From contig NC_058133.1 in the NCBI RefSeq assembly GCF_016433145.1, positions 261,563,836-261,627,835 on the forward strand: a stretch of DNA of 64,000 bases. The letters are read 5' to 3'. Both the position numbers and the translations under genes were made by a program. The notes below the pieces were generated by a model. The model did no database searches. It saw only the letters and a list, made by a program, of their open reading frames with translations, and was not told the DNA's origin. Origin of the DNA: Gracilinanus agilis. Its lineage: Eukaryota. Shown piece after piece: positions 1-11,953 of this stretch. How positions within the stretch are numbered: the first letter of the stretch is position 1; each line of letters opens with the position of its first letter.

Positions 1-120
1 TGCCATTGAGTCACAAGTTTAATATATACAGAATTCAAACCCCATTTCACACAAAGGCACAAAGAAACTTCGCAGTTGCACAGAAAATACAAATTATGTC
101 ATGTCAAAAGAGCATCAGTG

Positions 121-478
121 CCAGCAGTAATACAATGACCCAGGACAATTCTGAGGGATTTATGGTAAAGAAAGCTACCCACATTCAGAGGAAGGACTGC
201 AGGAGAGGAAACACAGAAGAAAAACAACTGCTTGAATGCATGGGTCGGGGTGGACATGATTGAGGGTGTGGACTGGAAACTACCACACCAATGCAACCAC
301 CAACAATTTGGAAATAGGTCTTGATCAAGGACACATGACAAAAGGAGTGGAAATGTGCATCGGCCATGGGTGGGGGGAGTGTGGGGGGTGAAGGGGAAAG
401 TAGGAGCATGAATCATGTAACCATGTTAAAAATGAATATTAATAAATGTTTAAATTTAAAAAAAATTACAATAAAAAA
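121..478 (+). mobile_element. 5'-truncated opossum-type L1 3' end with poly(A) tail
   Basis: It contains the L1 3'-UTR words ggggaaagtaggagcatgaatcatgtaaccatg and an A-rich tail. A perfect 15-bp target-site duplication (TSD), aaaagagcatcagtg, lies at 106-120 and 479-493. Confidence 0.88.
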
Positions 479-1464
479 AAAAGAGCATCAGTGACTTCAA
501 GGTAGAGATAGTCTGGAATAGAACAAGGTCCAAGGCTGAATTCTAGTCACCTTATTATCAGTAAGCTAAGTCTAGGAATACTTTTCTCAGGCAGGAAGCC
601 CCTACTAGATGAGGTTTTGAGTAATTTTTGACCTTCATTGTCTAGAATCAGTTTTGAGCCCAAGTAGATGCATTTTAACCAAGAGAGAAATTGTTAACCT
701 CTTGATTGTTGGTTTGCTAAGAACTTAAAGTTTTCCAATAAGACTATAATGTTTTTCCAATAAGAAAAGGTATGGATCAAAAAAAAAAAGTGGAGTCAAG
801 ATTTTTATCTTAGATAACCCATCCTGTCTGGCTCTGACTAATATAAATGTAAAAAATGATTATGACTGAAATAATAATATAAATTAGTATTTTAATTAAA
901 GCCATGCTGATAGATAAAATCATTAGACCACGCGCTTGTAAGAATTCAAAACTGCCGCCCCAGCCATTATTACCTCCCATCTCTTCCTGAGTCTGCTGGC
1001 CAAGAGGCCACTCCCCCCTAACCCAGGAGATTTAAACTGTTCTCTGCATGGAGACGTAGGCGTCCCCACGCCCAAAGAACCGGAACCAGAAACCCGTTGG
1101 ACCACGGGAAATGTAGTTTGATAATTTCCACGTGTCCATAGAAAAAAAAAATATATATATATATACTTAAAGATGGCATCTCCCAAATTTCATTCTTACA
1201 CTAGCAGAGGAGAAGGGTCAACACACAGCTTTGCCAGACTGCTTTGATCTTTTGATGGGGTTCAAATAAAATATCTATTTGAAACTCTGTTTCTTTTATT
1301 AGCCTCCCACATTTTTATCCTTTTCTTTTAAAATTGAAGTGATTTATTATACAACAAAAACTTTTATTAATGAGAGGAGTCATAGAGAGTGGTTACAGCC
1401 ATCAACTACAGCTGGATCTGATGGGATTCACAGATTATGCCAACTAACCCTGTGTTTCTTTATG

Positions 1465-1770
1465 GCTCACAACTCTCTCTCTCTCTCTCTCTCTCTCCCC
1501 CTTCTTTCTCTCTCTCCCTTCTCTCTTATTTCTCTCCATCCTTCTCCCTATGACTATTTCTGTTTTGTCTGTTTACCTGTCTCTCCCTCTGTGTATGTTT
1601 TTTCTCACTCTCTATGTTCTTTCTGTCTCCATACTTCTCTCTGATAATCTCTTTTCTCTGTCTGTCTGTCTCTTAGTATCTATAGATATAGATAGATATC
1701 TCACCTAATATATATGTATGTGTATATATTTATATATATATATACATATATATATTTACACACACATATA
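1465..1770. repeat. (TC)n, pyrimidine-rich and (TA)n simple repeats
   Basis: Directly visible. Confidence 0.88.
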
Positions 1771-3459
1771 TAATCTACAAGCTTCATTTGGTTCTGAAAT
1801 GTACTCGATTTGAGTCCTCTTGTAGTCCTAAAGTGAAATAGATTTCTGAGTCTGTCTTACCCAAGAAATGATATACAGTACTCCAAATATGAATTATCTC
1901 GCCCCTCCCTACAATTTGTATTCACAGAAAAAATTGGTACACTCAGAGGATGACTACTTCCCTCACAAGTTCCTGGTTCCTCTGAGAGTCCTAAAACTAT
2001 ATTTCATAAGCCCCTACCAGTGAATTTACCTTAAATAATCAATCAGTAGATACAATTAGCTCAAAGTAAAGCAACTTCCTAAGAAGCAGATTCCTAAGGC
2101 ATTATAGCAGTAGCTACAAAATATTCTACCCCATAAACCTAGGATGTAAAAAATAATAAAGACACACAGAATCCATGGGAACAGTGGACTCAAACTTGGA
2201 GTATACTGGCAGTGAGGTATATGGGTAGTTGAGACAACTCCTGCTGCCAGCACCAAGAGACCACAAAATCTTTTCTCTTCCTGTGATGTTCTCATGCTGT
2301 GACCCTCTGAGTACACCTTATCCTCTGGGCTGCTTTGGTTTTCTCTTCTTCTTAACTTGACTGATGCCAGGACTATTTATTCTTATTTTTATTGTTCAGT
2401 CATTTCAGTAGTGTTAAATGCTCCATGACCTCATTTGGGGTTTTCTTGGCAGAGATATTGGAGTGTTTCATCATTTCTTTTTCCAGCTTATTTTACGTAT
2501 GAGGAAATTGAGGTAAATAAGGTGAAGTGACTTGCTCAGGACCACATAGTTAGTAAGGATCCAAGGCTAGATTTGAGCTCATGATGATGAGTCTTCCTGA
2601 CTCTATGCCACTTAGCTGCCCCCAATTCTCTCATATCTGTAATCAAGTGATCCTCCTTGAACCTGCTACTTGCCTCTGACACTATGTCTATATCGGTCTC
2701 TCTCTTTCTACTGAACAAGCATTTTCTCCATGAGATGCTTTTGTTGATGGGTCAAGAGAAGTTTCTTCTGACATCCTCAGAGAGATTCTCAGGAGTAATT
2801 AAAATTCCACAAAGAAGCTCATTGCCTCAAATATTCTCTCTGGATAGCAAACTTACTTTTTAAAGTCCACTGGGCATGGAGAATCTTCAGTCAGTCAATG
2901 ACCAATCTATTTTCCAGTTCAGTCAGGGAAACTATGTTCATACATTATAAAATAATAACAGGACATAGACAGGTTTCTGTCTACATTTTAATGTGAATAT
3001 GTCAACCTGTTTGGGAGGTTTTATACCTTGAAGGTACAGAAAAGAGTCCTACCAACAGTGTGTACATACCCAGAGAAAGGGCATCCTTCATCTGGCCATT
3101 ACTCTCTTCCATTGAGTCTTCTAGAGAAGCAACACCACAGGATGTGACTCCCTATGGCTAAGGCATTGTGCATAGTTGGAGGACTGCAAGGTGAGGTGGA
3201 GAGATGGAGATAATAGCTGGGGAAGAGAGGAGAGTAATGAGCATCTTACACCTACCTTGAGGCAAAACTATGCTTTTCTAGCATTAGTTAAGGCTATGTC
3301 TTTTAATTAGTTCTTTCCAGCTGAGTTAGCAATCCTTTCATAAAGAATTTACCCAAATAACACAAATGATGGATTAATGTTTCAAAAAGTTGTAGTGTCC
3401 AGAAATGCAAATCAATCAATAGCAGTCACTATCAATATTTCAGATTTCCATCACTGCTT

Positions 3460-3610
3460 NNNNNNNNNNNNNNNNNNNNNNNNNNNNNNNNNNNNNNNNN
3501 NNNNNNNNNNNNNNNNNNNNNNNNNNNNNNNNNNNNNNNNNNNNNNNNNNNNNNNNNNNNNNNNNNNNNNNNNNNNNNNNNNNNNNNNNNNNNNNNNNNN
3601 NNNNNNNNNN
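3460..3610. other. Assembly gap (N run); others at 9145-9276, 13404-13587, 27724-27898, 27905-28062
   Basis: Runs of n in the sequence. Confidence 1.
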
Positions 3611-3965
3611 AGTTAGAAGCAAAGCTGGGATTTAAACCTAGGCCTGTTTACTCTGGACCACTGTAGAGGAATCTCTCCCTCCTCCTGACCCGATCCTCTA
3701 ATGCCTTTCCTCACATAGAGAAGTTTGGAGCAGGGTTTTTTGAAAGTCTGTCATGTATAAGAGAGATTCAATTTATTTGACTCCAGAGAGCAGAAACCAG
3801 GAGTGATGAGTGGAAGTAACAAAAGAGAAAATTTACACTTGATGTCAAGAAAATTTTCTTAATCAATGGAGCTGCCCTGAAGTAGAATGGGCTGCCTCAA
3901 GTGGTGATGGACTGTCCCTCTTTTAGCTCCTCTTTTTTTTAGCCCCCCTTTTTTATTTTTAAAGC

Positions 3966-4175
3966 TAGCATTTGTATAACACTTTAAGAGAGCTTTACAA
4001 TTATTATCTCATTTGATCCTTACAACAACCCAGGGAGCTAGGTGCTAGTTATTATTATCCCTATTTTGCAGATGAGGAAAATTGAGGTCAACAGAGCCTA
4101 AGTGATTTGCCCCAAAACACGCAGCTAGTAAGCAATGAAGGCAGGATTTGAATTTGGGTCTCCCTGACTCTAGAA
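3966..4175 (-). mobile_element. MIR-type SINE (representative of many decayed MIR/MIR3 copies)
   Basis: It contains ctcatttgatccttacaacaacc..attttgcagatgaggaaa.tgagg..aagtgatttgccc... Confidence 0.8.
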
Positions 4176-4356
4176 CTTGTTCAGACAGATGCTGGATGAC
4201 CAACTAGCTATAGGGGTTGTTATAGTAGCGATCCTTCTGGTGTATGGATTAAACTAGATTGTCAGAAGACCCCGTGATCTTTCCTACAATTCTGTGGTTC
4301 TGCGATTTTTGCTGGAGGGAGGGGAGAAAGCCCCTTGAGGAAAAGGTCAATGATGA

Positions 4357-4605
<249 letters not shown>

Positions 4606-5026
4606 TGAGCAAGGAATAGAGTTTCTGTCCAGGGATTAGATGACAAGCAGAGCTGGAGAATGATGGGAATCAGGAACGTGGGGGCAGCCGGGATAGAATA
4701 GTTGTGAGAGGGAAGTATTAAGGTTTGGAGTGAGCAGGGAATATTGGGATTGTGGCTCAATAAAGAGTTTCACAGATGGGGAGGGGGACACATAGATGTG
4801 AGAGCAGACAATGAGAGTGAAGGAATGTGGGACCCAAAAGGAGGGGGGCCAGGGGATAGAGATCTGGTTCAAAGCTGGGCAGATTTGCTTTGTTATAGGG
4901 TCAAAGCTTTGTCTAAAGTCCTAATTTTCTTTTGCAACTGAATAAAATCTGTGTATACAGAAAAAACAATCATGGAATTATGGAATATTGAGAGCCTGGC
5001 AGAGAAGGATTCCAGGCAAGATCTAG

Positions 5027-5242
<216 letters not shown>

Positions 5243-6019
5243 CTGTCTCTCTCCATCCCTCATCAGCCCACCTCATGCCTTTCCCCTCTACCTCTCCCAG
5301 CCTCCTTTCTCCTTCCATCCAAACCCTTCATCCCTTGACAACCCTCTTCCATCTTCTATCCTTTCCAATCCACTCTCTTCCACAGTCAACACATTCCTCT
5401 TCCTGCCCCAGCTCCATAGAGTTCCAGACATATTTTCCAATCAAGCTTTTATTTTTTTAAAAGTCGTCTTGGGAAGAAAAAAAATAGAACAAAAAAATAG
5501 AAAAACAAAGAAAAACCAGAAACAAGCATTTGCAATAGCACCATAGAGTGGGGGCAGGGAAGGGGTAGGTAGGGTTGGGGAAGTGATCCTCCCGCAGGTG
5601 CGGGGCCGCAGCCTCGGCCAGCAGCGTTGGCAAGGGCTCTTGGTCTTCAGATCCCACCAAAGAGGTCTGTTTCTCTGTGCCCTTCAGAAGTCTCCCAAGA
5701 CCCCCTCCTCCAGAATTCCTGACCTTTCTTCATCTACATGCCTCAGGCTGGCTCCCAGAATGGCAGAGCTGGAAGGGACCTGACAGACTGGCTAGTCTAG
5801 ACTCTCCACCCTCCCACCCCGCCCCCATCCCCATCTTACAGAGGAAGAAACTGAAGCTTGGAAAGGGAAAATGAATGGTCTCGAGTCATGTTGCAGGGGA
5901 GCAGCAGACAAGAGTTCAGGACTCCTGATTCCTCAGGCCAGGGCTTTCTCTCCTAGCTCACGCTAATCCCTGAGGACTGCTGTTCCTATCTGGTCCTCCC
6001 TACCCCTTCTAGAGGGGCC

Positions 6020-6165
6020 CTATCTCTCTCTCTCTCTCTCTGTTTTTCTCCATGTATATGTGAGTCTGTCTTTATCTCTCTGTCTCTGTCTCATCTCTCT
6101 GTGTCACTGTCTAGCTCTCTGCCTCTGTCTCCTTTCTCTGTCTCTCCTCTGTCTCTGTCTCTTTC

Positions 6166-6196
<31 letters not shown>

Positions 6197-6560
6197 CTTT
6201 GTCTCTGTCCCTGTCTCTTCTTTCTCTTACTCTGTCTCTCTGTTTCTGTGTCTCTGTCTAGCTCTCTGCCTCTGTCTTCTTCCTGTCTCTCTCTCTGTGT
6301 GTATCTGTCTCTGATTCTGTCTCTCTGTCTTTGCCTCTCTGTCTCTGCCTCTGTCTGTGTGTGTGTTTGTCTTTGTTTCTCTGCCTCTCTGTATTTCTGT
6401 GTCTCTGTCTCTCCTTCCTCTTTCTCTGCCTCTCCTCTGTCTGTTTCTCTTACTCTGTGTCTCTGTCTTTCTGTTTCTGTGTCTTTGTCTAGCTCTCTGT
6501 CTCTCATCTCTTTTTCTGCTTCTCTTACTCCATCTCTCTCTTTCTGTTCTGTTTCTTCCT
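6020..6560. repeat. Complex (TC/TG/TCTG)n low-complexity tract
   Basis: Directly visible. The internal block tctgtgtc.ctgtctagctctctg recurs three times. Confidence 0.92.
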
Positions 6561-6845
6561 CTCCAAAAGGATAGCCCACCCCTCCCTTCCATGCTCCCTG
6601 TCTCTCTGCAAAGAATTGCTATCTGAAGGAGGGGGACGTCTTTCACATTCTAAGTCTTCCACTGGGCTTCTTGAGGTCTTCCTGTTTTCCCACACTCATT
6701 TCTTGTGCTCCTCCATTTCCTCTTCTGGTGGCCATGGAAAAGGTGAGGAAGAAGGAGATGCAGGTGAAAGGATGGAGACAGGATGGGCTCCTTCCCTTCA
6801 AGCTGGGATGGATGGGAGATAGTAGCTCCCACAGAGTAGTTTCAG

Positions 6846-6924
6846 GGGACTGAAGGCCAAGGGGGTGCATGTTCAGTCATGCTATGATTATGTTGAGCAG
6901 GAGCTCAGTTTCAAGGCAGGTTTG
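6846..6924 (+). pseudogene. Decayed partial copy of the 3' end of the PACSIN1 SH3 exon, including its splice donor
   Basis: 6856-6924 aligns by hand to 4507-4584 at 58/69 identities plus one 9-nt deletion. It reads AKGVHVQSCYDYVEQELSFKA-G|gtttg, against [25 protein letters not shown]|gtttg for the real exon. Confidence 0.88.
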
Positions 6925-9900
6925 GCCTCACTTACTTGCAGCAGTTAGAGTTTGGAGGTGGCCTGAGCATCTCCTGACTTTGGCTCACCCTGCCCTAGGG
7001 CCTTTGGGGGGCAGAGGGAATGGTCTTCTGGCTGAGTCACTGAGCTCGGCCCCATGTTTTGGGAAGTACTATAGGAGATGGGAATCCTGGTGCAGAGCTC
7101 AGCTGGGATCGTCACAGTTATACAATGCCTACTCTTTTTCCCATCCCTAAACCAGGGTTAGGGGAGCTGAAGGTGAGCTCCAGGTTGGTGGGTGGCCTTT
7201 CCCAGAGATTCATCCTCTTAGCATCTCTCTATGGCAGGGAGGGGTGGGTAATTGTCTCAGGGCAGCCATATTACCCTAGTTGTGGTTGCTGACCTCCATG
7301 GAAGGGGTTATCCCTCCAAATATATGCACACAAAGGTGCCCCCCCCCCGCCAGGAAACACTTGCTGCTTGGCTTCTAGGACTCTGAAATTCTGAAAGGGT
7401 CTGGCACCTTGCAGAGAAAATCAGAAACAGCAGTTCCCTTTGTCATAGAGAGTAGAGAAAAACACTATTTTGTCATGTTTAACATTTGGAATCCAAGGAG
7501 GGAGGCCCCTACCTCTTCCTCTATTTCTAGATATACCATGTGGACCCCGTTGTTCTTCTCTACTTCTGTTCATCTTCCCCTCCCCCTTCCCTTTCCCACC
7601 CTGGGGCAGGCACTGTGGGGATTCTGTTCCTAAGAGCCTGTGTGAGTGTATGGTTGAGAGCCATCCCTTGAGATCTTGGGTCTGGGGACCAGTTACTGGC
7701 AAGGGAGAAGAAGAGGAATTCCCATGGTGAGGGCAATGATTTTGTTCCTCTTGACCCACCTACCTCCATTCAAAATTCTAAGGTTAAACTTCTGTCCATC
7801 CTCCCCTTTCATCCTCAAGAGAGCTATTCTTAGAGAAACTGAGGTCACTCCCTACCCCCAACTCTAATGGACAGGACTCCATATGATTCCCAAAACACTT
7901 AGGAGGAAAACTGGACAGGGGAAGAGCAGCCTTTGTTCTTTAGAAGGTGGGAGCCCTGACACTTCAGCAAGGTGACTATTGCCTTTGTCAATACAGTAGT
8001 CCAACATCCCAGGAGTCTTCTTTTCTCCTTGATTCCTTCATCTTCACTTTGTCAAAGAAGTGGTGAGTTTGTTTCTACTGCCCTTCTCTCCCCACCTTCT
8101 TGGTCTGGGCAGGCTTGGACCATGGCCAGATGAGCTCAGAAGGTCTGGGGTAAATGGCTGATGGTCCCTACAGAGATGGAAGAATTTCCTGCTAAGGAAA
8201 GGTAGGAGATACTAAAGATAGAGGCTTCAAGGTCTTCACCTCCTCCTATCTGGACAACTGCAGGGGAGCCTGGAGGTAAACTTTATCCAAGCCAAAGGTC
8301 ATCAGCCTTGGAATAGAATGAGAGAAGATTCCACAGAACCTTCCCGGCCCCCATCCAGAGCATCCCCTCCCTACTGGAGTGTGTTGGGGTCCAGTAGCAG
8401 GGAGTGGTGTTGATGAAGGGTGCCTGGTGACCCATGAAGCTTTAGGGTCCCATGGCTGGGTCTCTCTGTGAAGCTAATGCCAATGGATGGCCATGCAGCA
8501 CCAGGTGAGACTTGATCTTAGCAGCTTTCCATCCCAGTCCTTAGAAATCTTCAGCCCTCCTCCTCGAGCATGTTAAACAGAAGTCCATTCTGCCAGCATC
8601 AAGATCCTTTATTTCTTAATCTGATCACCCCTCCCCCTTACCCTTTTATTGCTGCTAAAGCAGATGGAGGTCTGAGCCAGTGGGAACTGTGGAAGTGGAC
8701 TTTGAAGCTGAGGCCATGGACAAGCATCCCTTATCAGCCAGGGTCACAAAGAACCCCCAGAGAGAGTTCTTGAGTATTTTTTTTTGCCTCTGGATACCTT
8801 GACTATCATTTTCCTAGAACCCATCCTGAAGCTTTAACTCCCAGACTCTTTGAGCCCTTGATGCCCAGTGGCAGTCTTCTCAGAGGGACCTAATTGGAGT
8901 CTGACCTTTCCCTTGGGTCAAAGGCAGCCACCTGTTAGGTGCACTGCCCCTCTCCAGCTTTCCCCCACATCCACACATCTTCTCTTCCCACTTTTCTCCT
9001 CGCTACTGATTTCAGCTTTAGACTTCCACTCTAATCTGAGGTGGTCTGCAAAACTCAAAGCATCCTTTCGGGAAATTTTCGGTCAACATTGCACACACTT
9101 CCCATCTTCATCCCATCTGGACAGGCAGAAAGGGCCCAAGATTCNNNNNNNNNNNNNNNNNNNNNNNNNNNNNNNNNNNNNNNNNNNNNNNNNNNNNNNN
9201 NNNNNNNNNNNNNNNNNNNNNNNNNNNNNNNNNNNNNNNNNNNNNNNNNNNNNNNNNNNNNNNNNNNNNNNNNNNNGCCCAAAAGCAACTCTCTTCTCCA
9301 GGTTAGTCCTAAAGCCAATTAGGACAGTGGGACTCTGCCTCTTGTTTCCTCCTCTCCTCCCCTCCTTATATCCAATATTCCCTAGTCCATCCTTGTGGAA
9401 ACGCTGGCATACTTCTGCATCTTAGGACATGGACACCACTCTCTCTTACCGACAGGCCCAGAGACTTCTCTCTAGTTAGGGAAGGGAAGGGATTGCTGTT
9501 TACCCAATCTCTAAGTCTCCTTTGTCTTTCTGCTCTGGACTCCAACCTCTCCATGCCCTCAAGTCTTGCCCAGGGAATTGTTTGGGGAGCCTCCATCCCT
9601 TTTGACTGCTGAGAAGTTCTCATTCCCACACTGTCCTAAAAGAGCTACTACGTTGGCTTTCCCTCTGGCTTTTCTGGGACTTTGGGACTAGTTTCCACCC
9701 TGGACTTGCCTAGGCTAAAGGAGTATCTGCTAGGAAATGGGAGAAGACCAGTGGTGTTTTTCTATGGCTCCATAATAGACACAGCCCCATTCCTCCATTG
9801 CTGTCCATCCCCACTCTCACCCTACAACACACACACACATAAAAACACAAACAAACATATAAACTGTGATTGACTGAATTCAAACCATAAGCCTGTTGCT

Positions 9901-11924
9901 GTCCCTTGGATTTTATCTCAATTTGAATATCCTACACTCCTGGGGTCCCAGAAACCTCCTGAGATTTTCCTTCAGAGTCTGTTTCCAATCATGGACAAGC
10001 CCATGGAGAGACAAGGTGGTGCTGTAGAAAAGGTGCTGGCCGGGGGAGTTAGGTAACTAGTTCTTGTCTCATTTTCTGCCAAGAATTTGCTTAGCATCCT
10101 CAGGCAAGTTATTTCTCTCTGGATATCAGTTTCCTCTCTTGGAAAAGGAGAGGGTCAGACTGGTGGGTCCCTTCCAGCTTTACCATCCTATCATTTCAAG
10201 GACCAACAGAGGCCATTAGACCCATAGGAAGTGCCCAGCATCATCATGAGGAGGTGGTCAGACTTAGTGGCACCTTACCTGACAGCTGTCTTCAAGTGTC
10301 CAAAGAGCTGTCATTTGGAAAAGGAATTCAACTTGCTCTGCTTGGTCCCAAGAGGGAACAAAGAATAACGGATGGAAGTTAGAGAGGGATATTTTTTAGC
10401 TCAATAAAAGGCATAAACTTCTCATCAATTAGGTCTGCCCTAGAGTGAAATTGGGCTGCCGGAGGAGGTAGTGAGTTCCCTCCCACTGTAAGTGTTCAAG
10501 CTGAGATGAAATGACCCCTTATGGAAGATATCATATAGGGGGTGGTTTATTCAGGCAGGAATAGAACTAGAAGATCTCTGAAACCTCTACTAACTCTGAG
10601 ACTATAGTTCTGAGATTCCCAGGGACTAAGTGTGATTGGGAAAAAGTCTCAGAGGAAATAGAGGGACAGAGAGGTCAAGACCTGGACACAGACAAGGCCA
10701 GGGATGGGGACTGTGAGGTGGAAGTTTGGTAGGCTGCCTTCCCAAGGCCTGGAAATTGTCTTCATCCAGCTATAATCCTATTCTCTGGGCTCTTTAGCTG
10801 CCTATCCTACCAGTCGTGACTATGAGGACATCTTGGTCACCTCCCTTCCCTGTCCAGTTCCCAACACCTGTGCCACAGGTTCTTCCCTTAACTCCCTGCT
10901 CCTCCCTCCCCAACTCAAGGAAAATGATCACAGGGACATAGCCAGGGCTAAAGAGATAGATTAGGACTCAGCATTGGCTGTAATCCCAGGCTGCTACTTA
11001 TGACATTAGTAGCTTTGGGTGAGTTATTTCTTCTCTCTAGGCTCAGTTTCCTCCCTTGTAAAATGGGAGATGGGGAAGGGTTGACTCATTGTTTTGGATT
11101 TCATTGCCTTTCTCAACTTACTCCAGAGTGGCCAGGAAAGCTCGACGTCCATGACCTGGCTGAAATTGTTTCTTATGGCAATAGTTCTCCAAATAGTGAT
11201 GTGCCTGGGGATGTTTCTGTACCTTTGAGAGCACCCTTCCCAGCGAAAGCCCCAGGGACAGGAGCAAAGAAGGTGGAGGGGTGGAGTTAAGGCGAGAAAG
11301 GGAAACTACATCCAGAATTATGGTTTCCCTTGGACAAGTCAAGAAGAGTAGACACAGTCCTTTGACCAAGATAAAGTACTAATTCTGAAAGAGTCTGGTT
11401 CTACAACTCAGTGATATTCCCTCTGAGGGCCATTGTCATCCTCTTTACCCCCTTGCATGGGTGAACAGAGGCTACAGAATGAGATTCAGAGGCCCTGGCT
11501 TCAATCACCCTAAAAAGAATCCCAGGTCAGCCTCCAAATTGGTGAGGAGGAGTTGGTTAGGGAAGAGTCCTTCCACATGAATTAGAAATTCACTGGAACA
11601 AACAGGATTCCAAGTTGTCTGGTTCTGGGAGAAAACTGGCGACCCGATGTATATTACCATCCTTCCCTCTCTTCCCTTGTCCCATCTGCCACTAAACCTC
11701 TGAAGAATGTTCTCTTCATGGTCAACTCTGAGGTCCTAGAATGGGGCCTGGCGAGCAGATACAGTGACACGAGGCCATCCCATTGCTGTTTCATCATAGT
11801 CTGAGTTTGCATCTTTGTCCAACCTGCCTGTTCCCTCTCCCCTCTCTGTCCAACAGATATAATAGAGGGGAAGGACCCCAGGTCCCAATCAGACCCCCTG
11901 ATCCCTTGATAACCCCCCAAATCT

Positions 11925-11953
11925 ATGAATAAAGACAAAACTATTTTATTCAT
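11925..11953. terminator. Back-to-back AATAAA signals on both strands within a 9-bp inverted repeat
   Basis: The sequence is atgAATAAA (11925-11933), an 11-nt spacer, then TTTATTcat (11945-11953). GU/U-rich sequence follows on each strand. Confidence 0.4.

Noticed and set aside
6060-6646. Several 85-160 aa ORFs on both strands
   Set aside because: They are translations of the TC/TG low-complexity tract (LSLCL.., ERQR..). The same applies to 50447-50950, 55873-56350 and 46156-46359.
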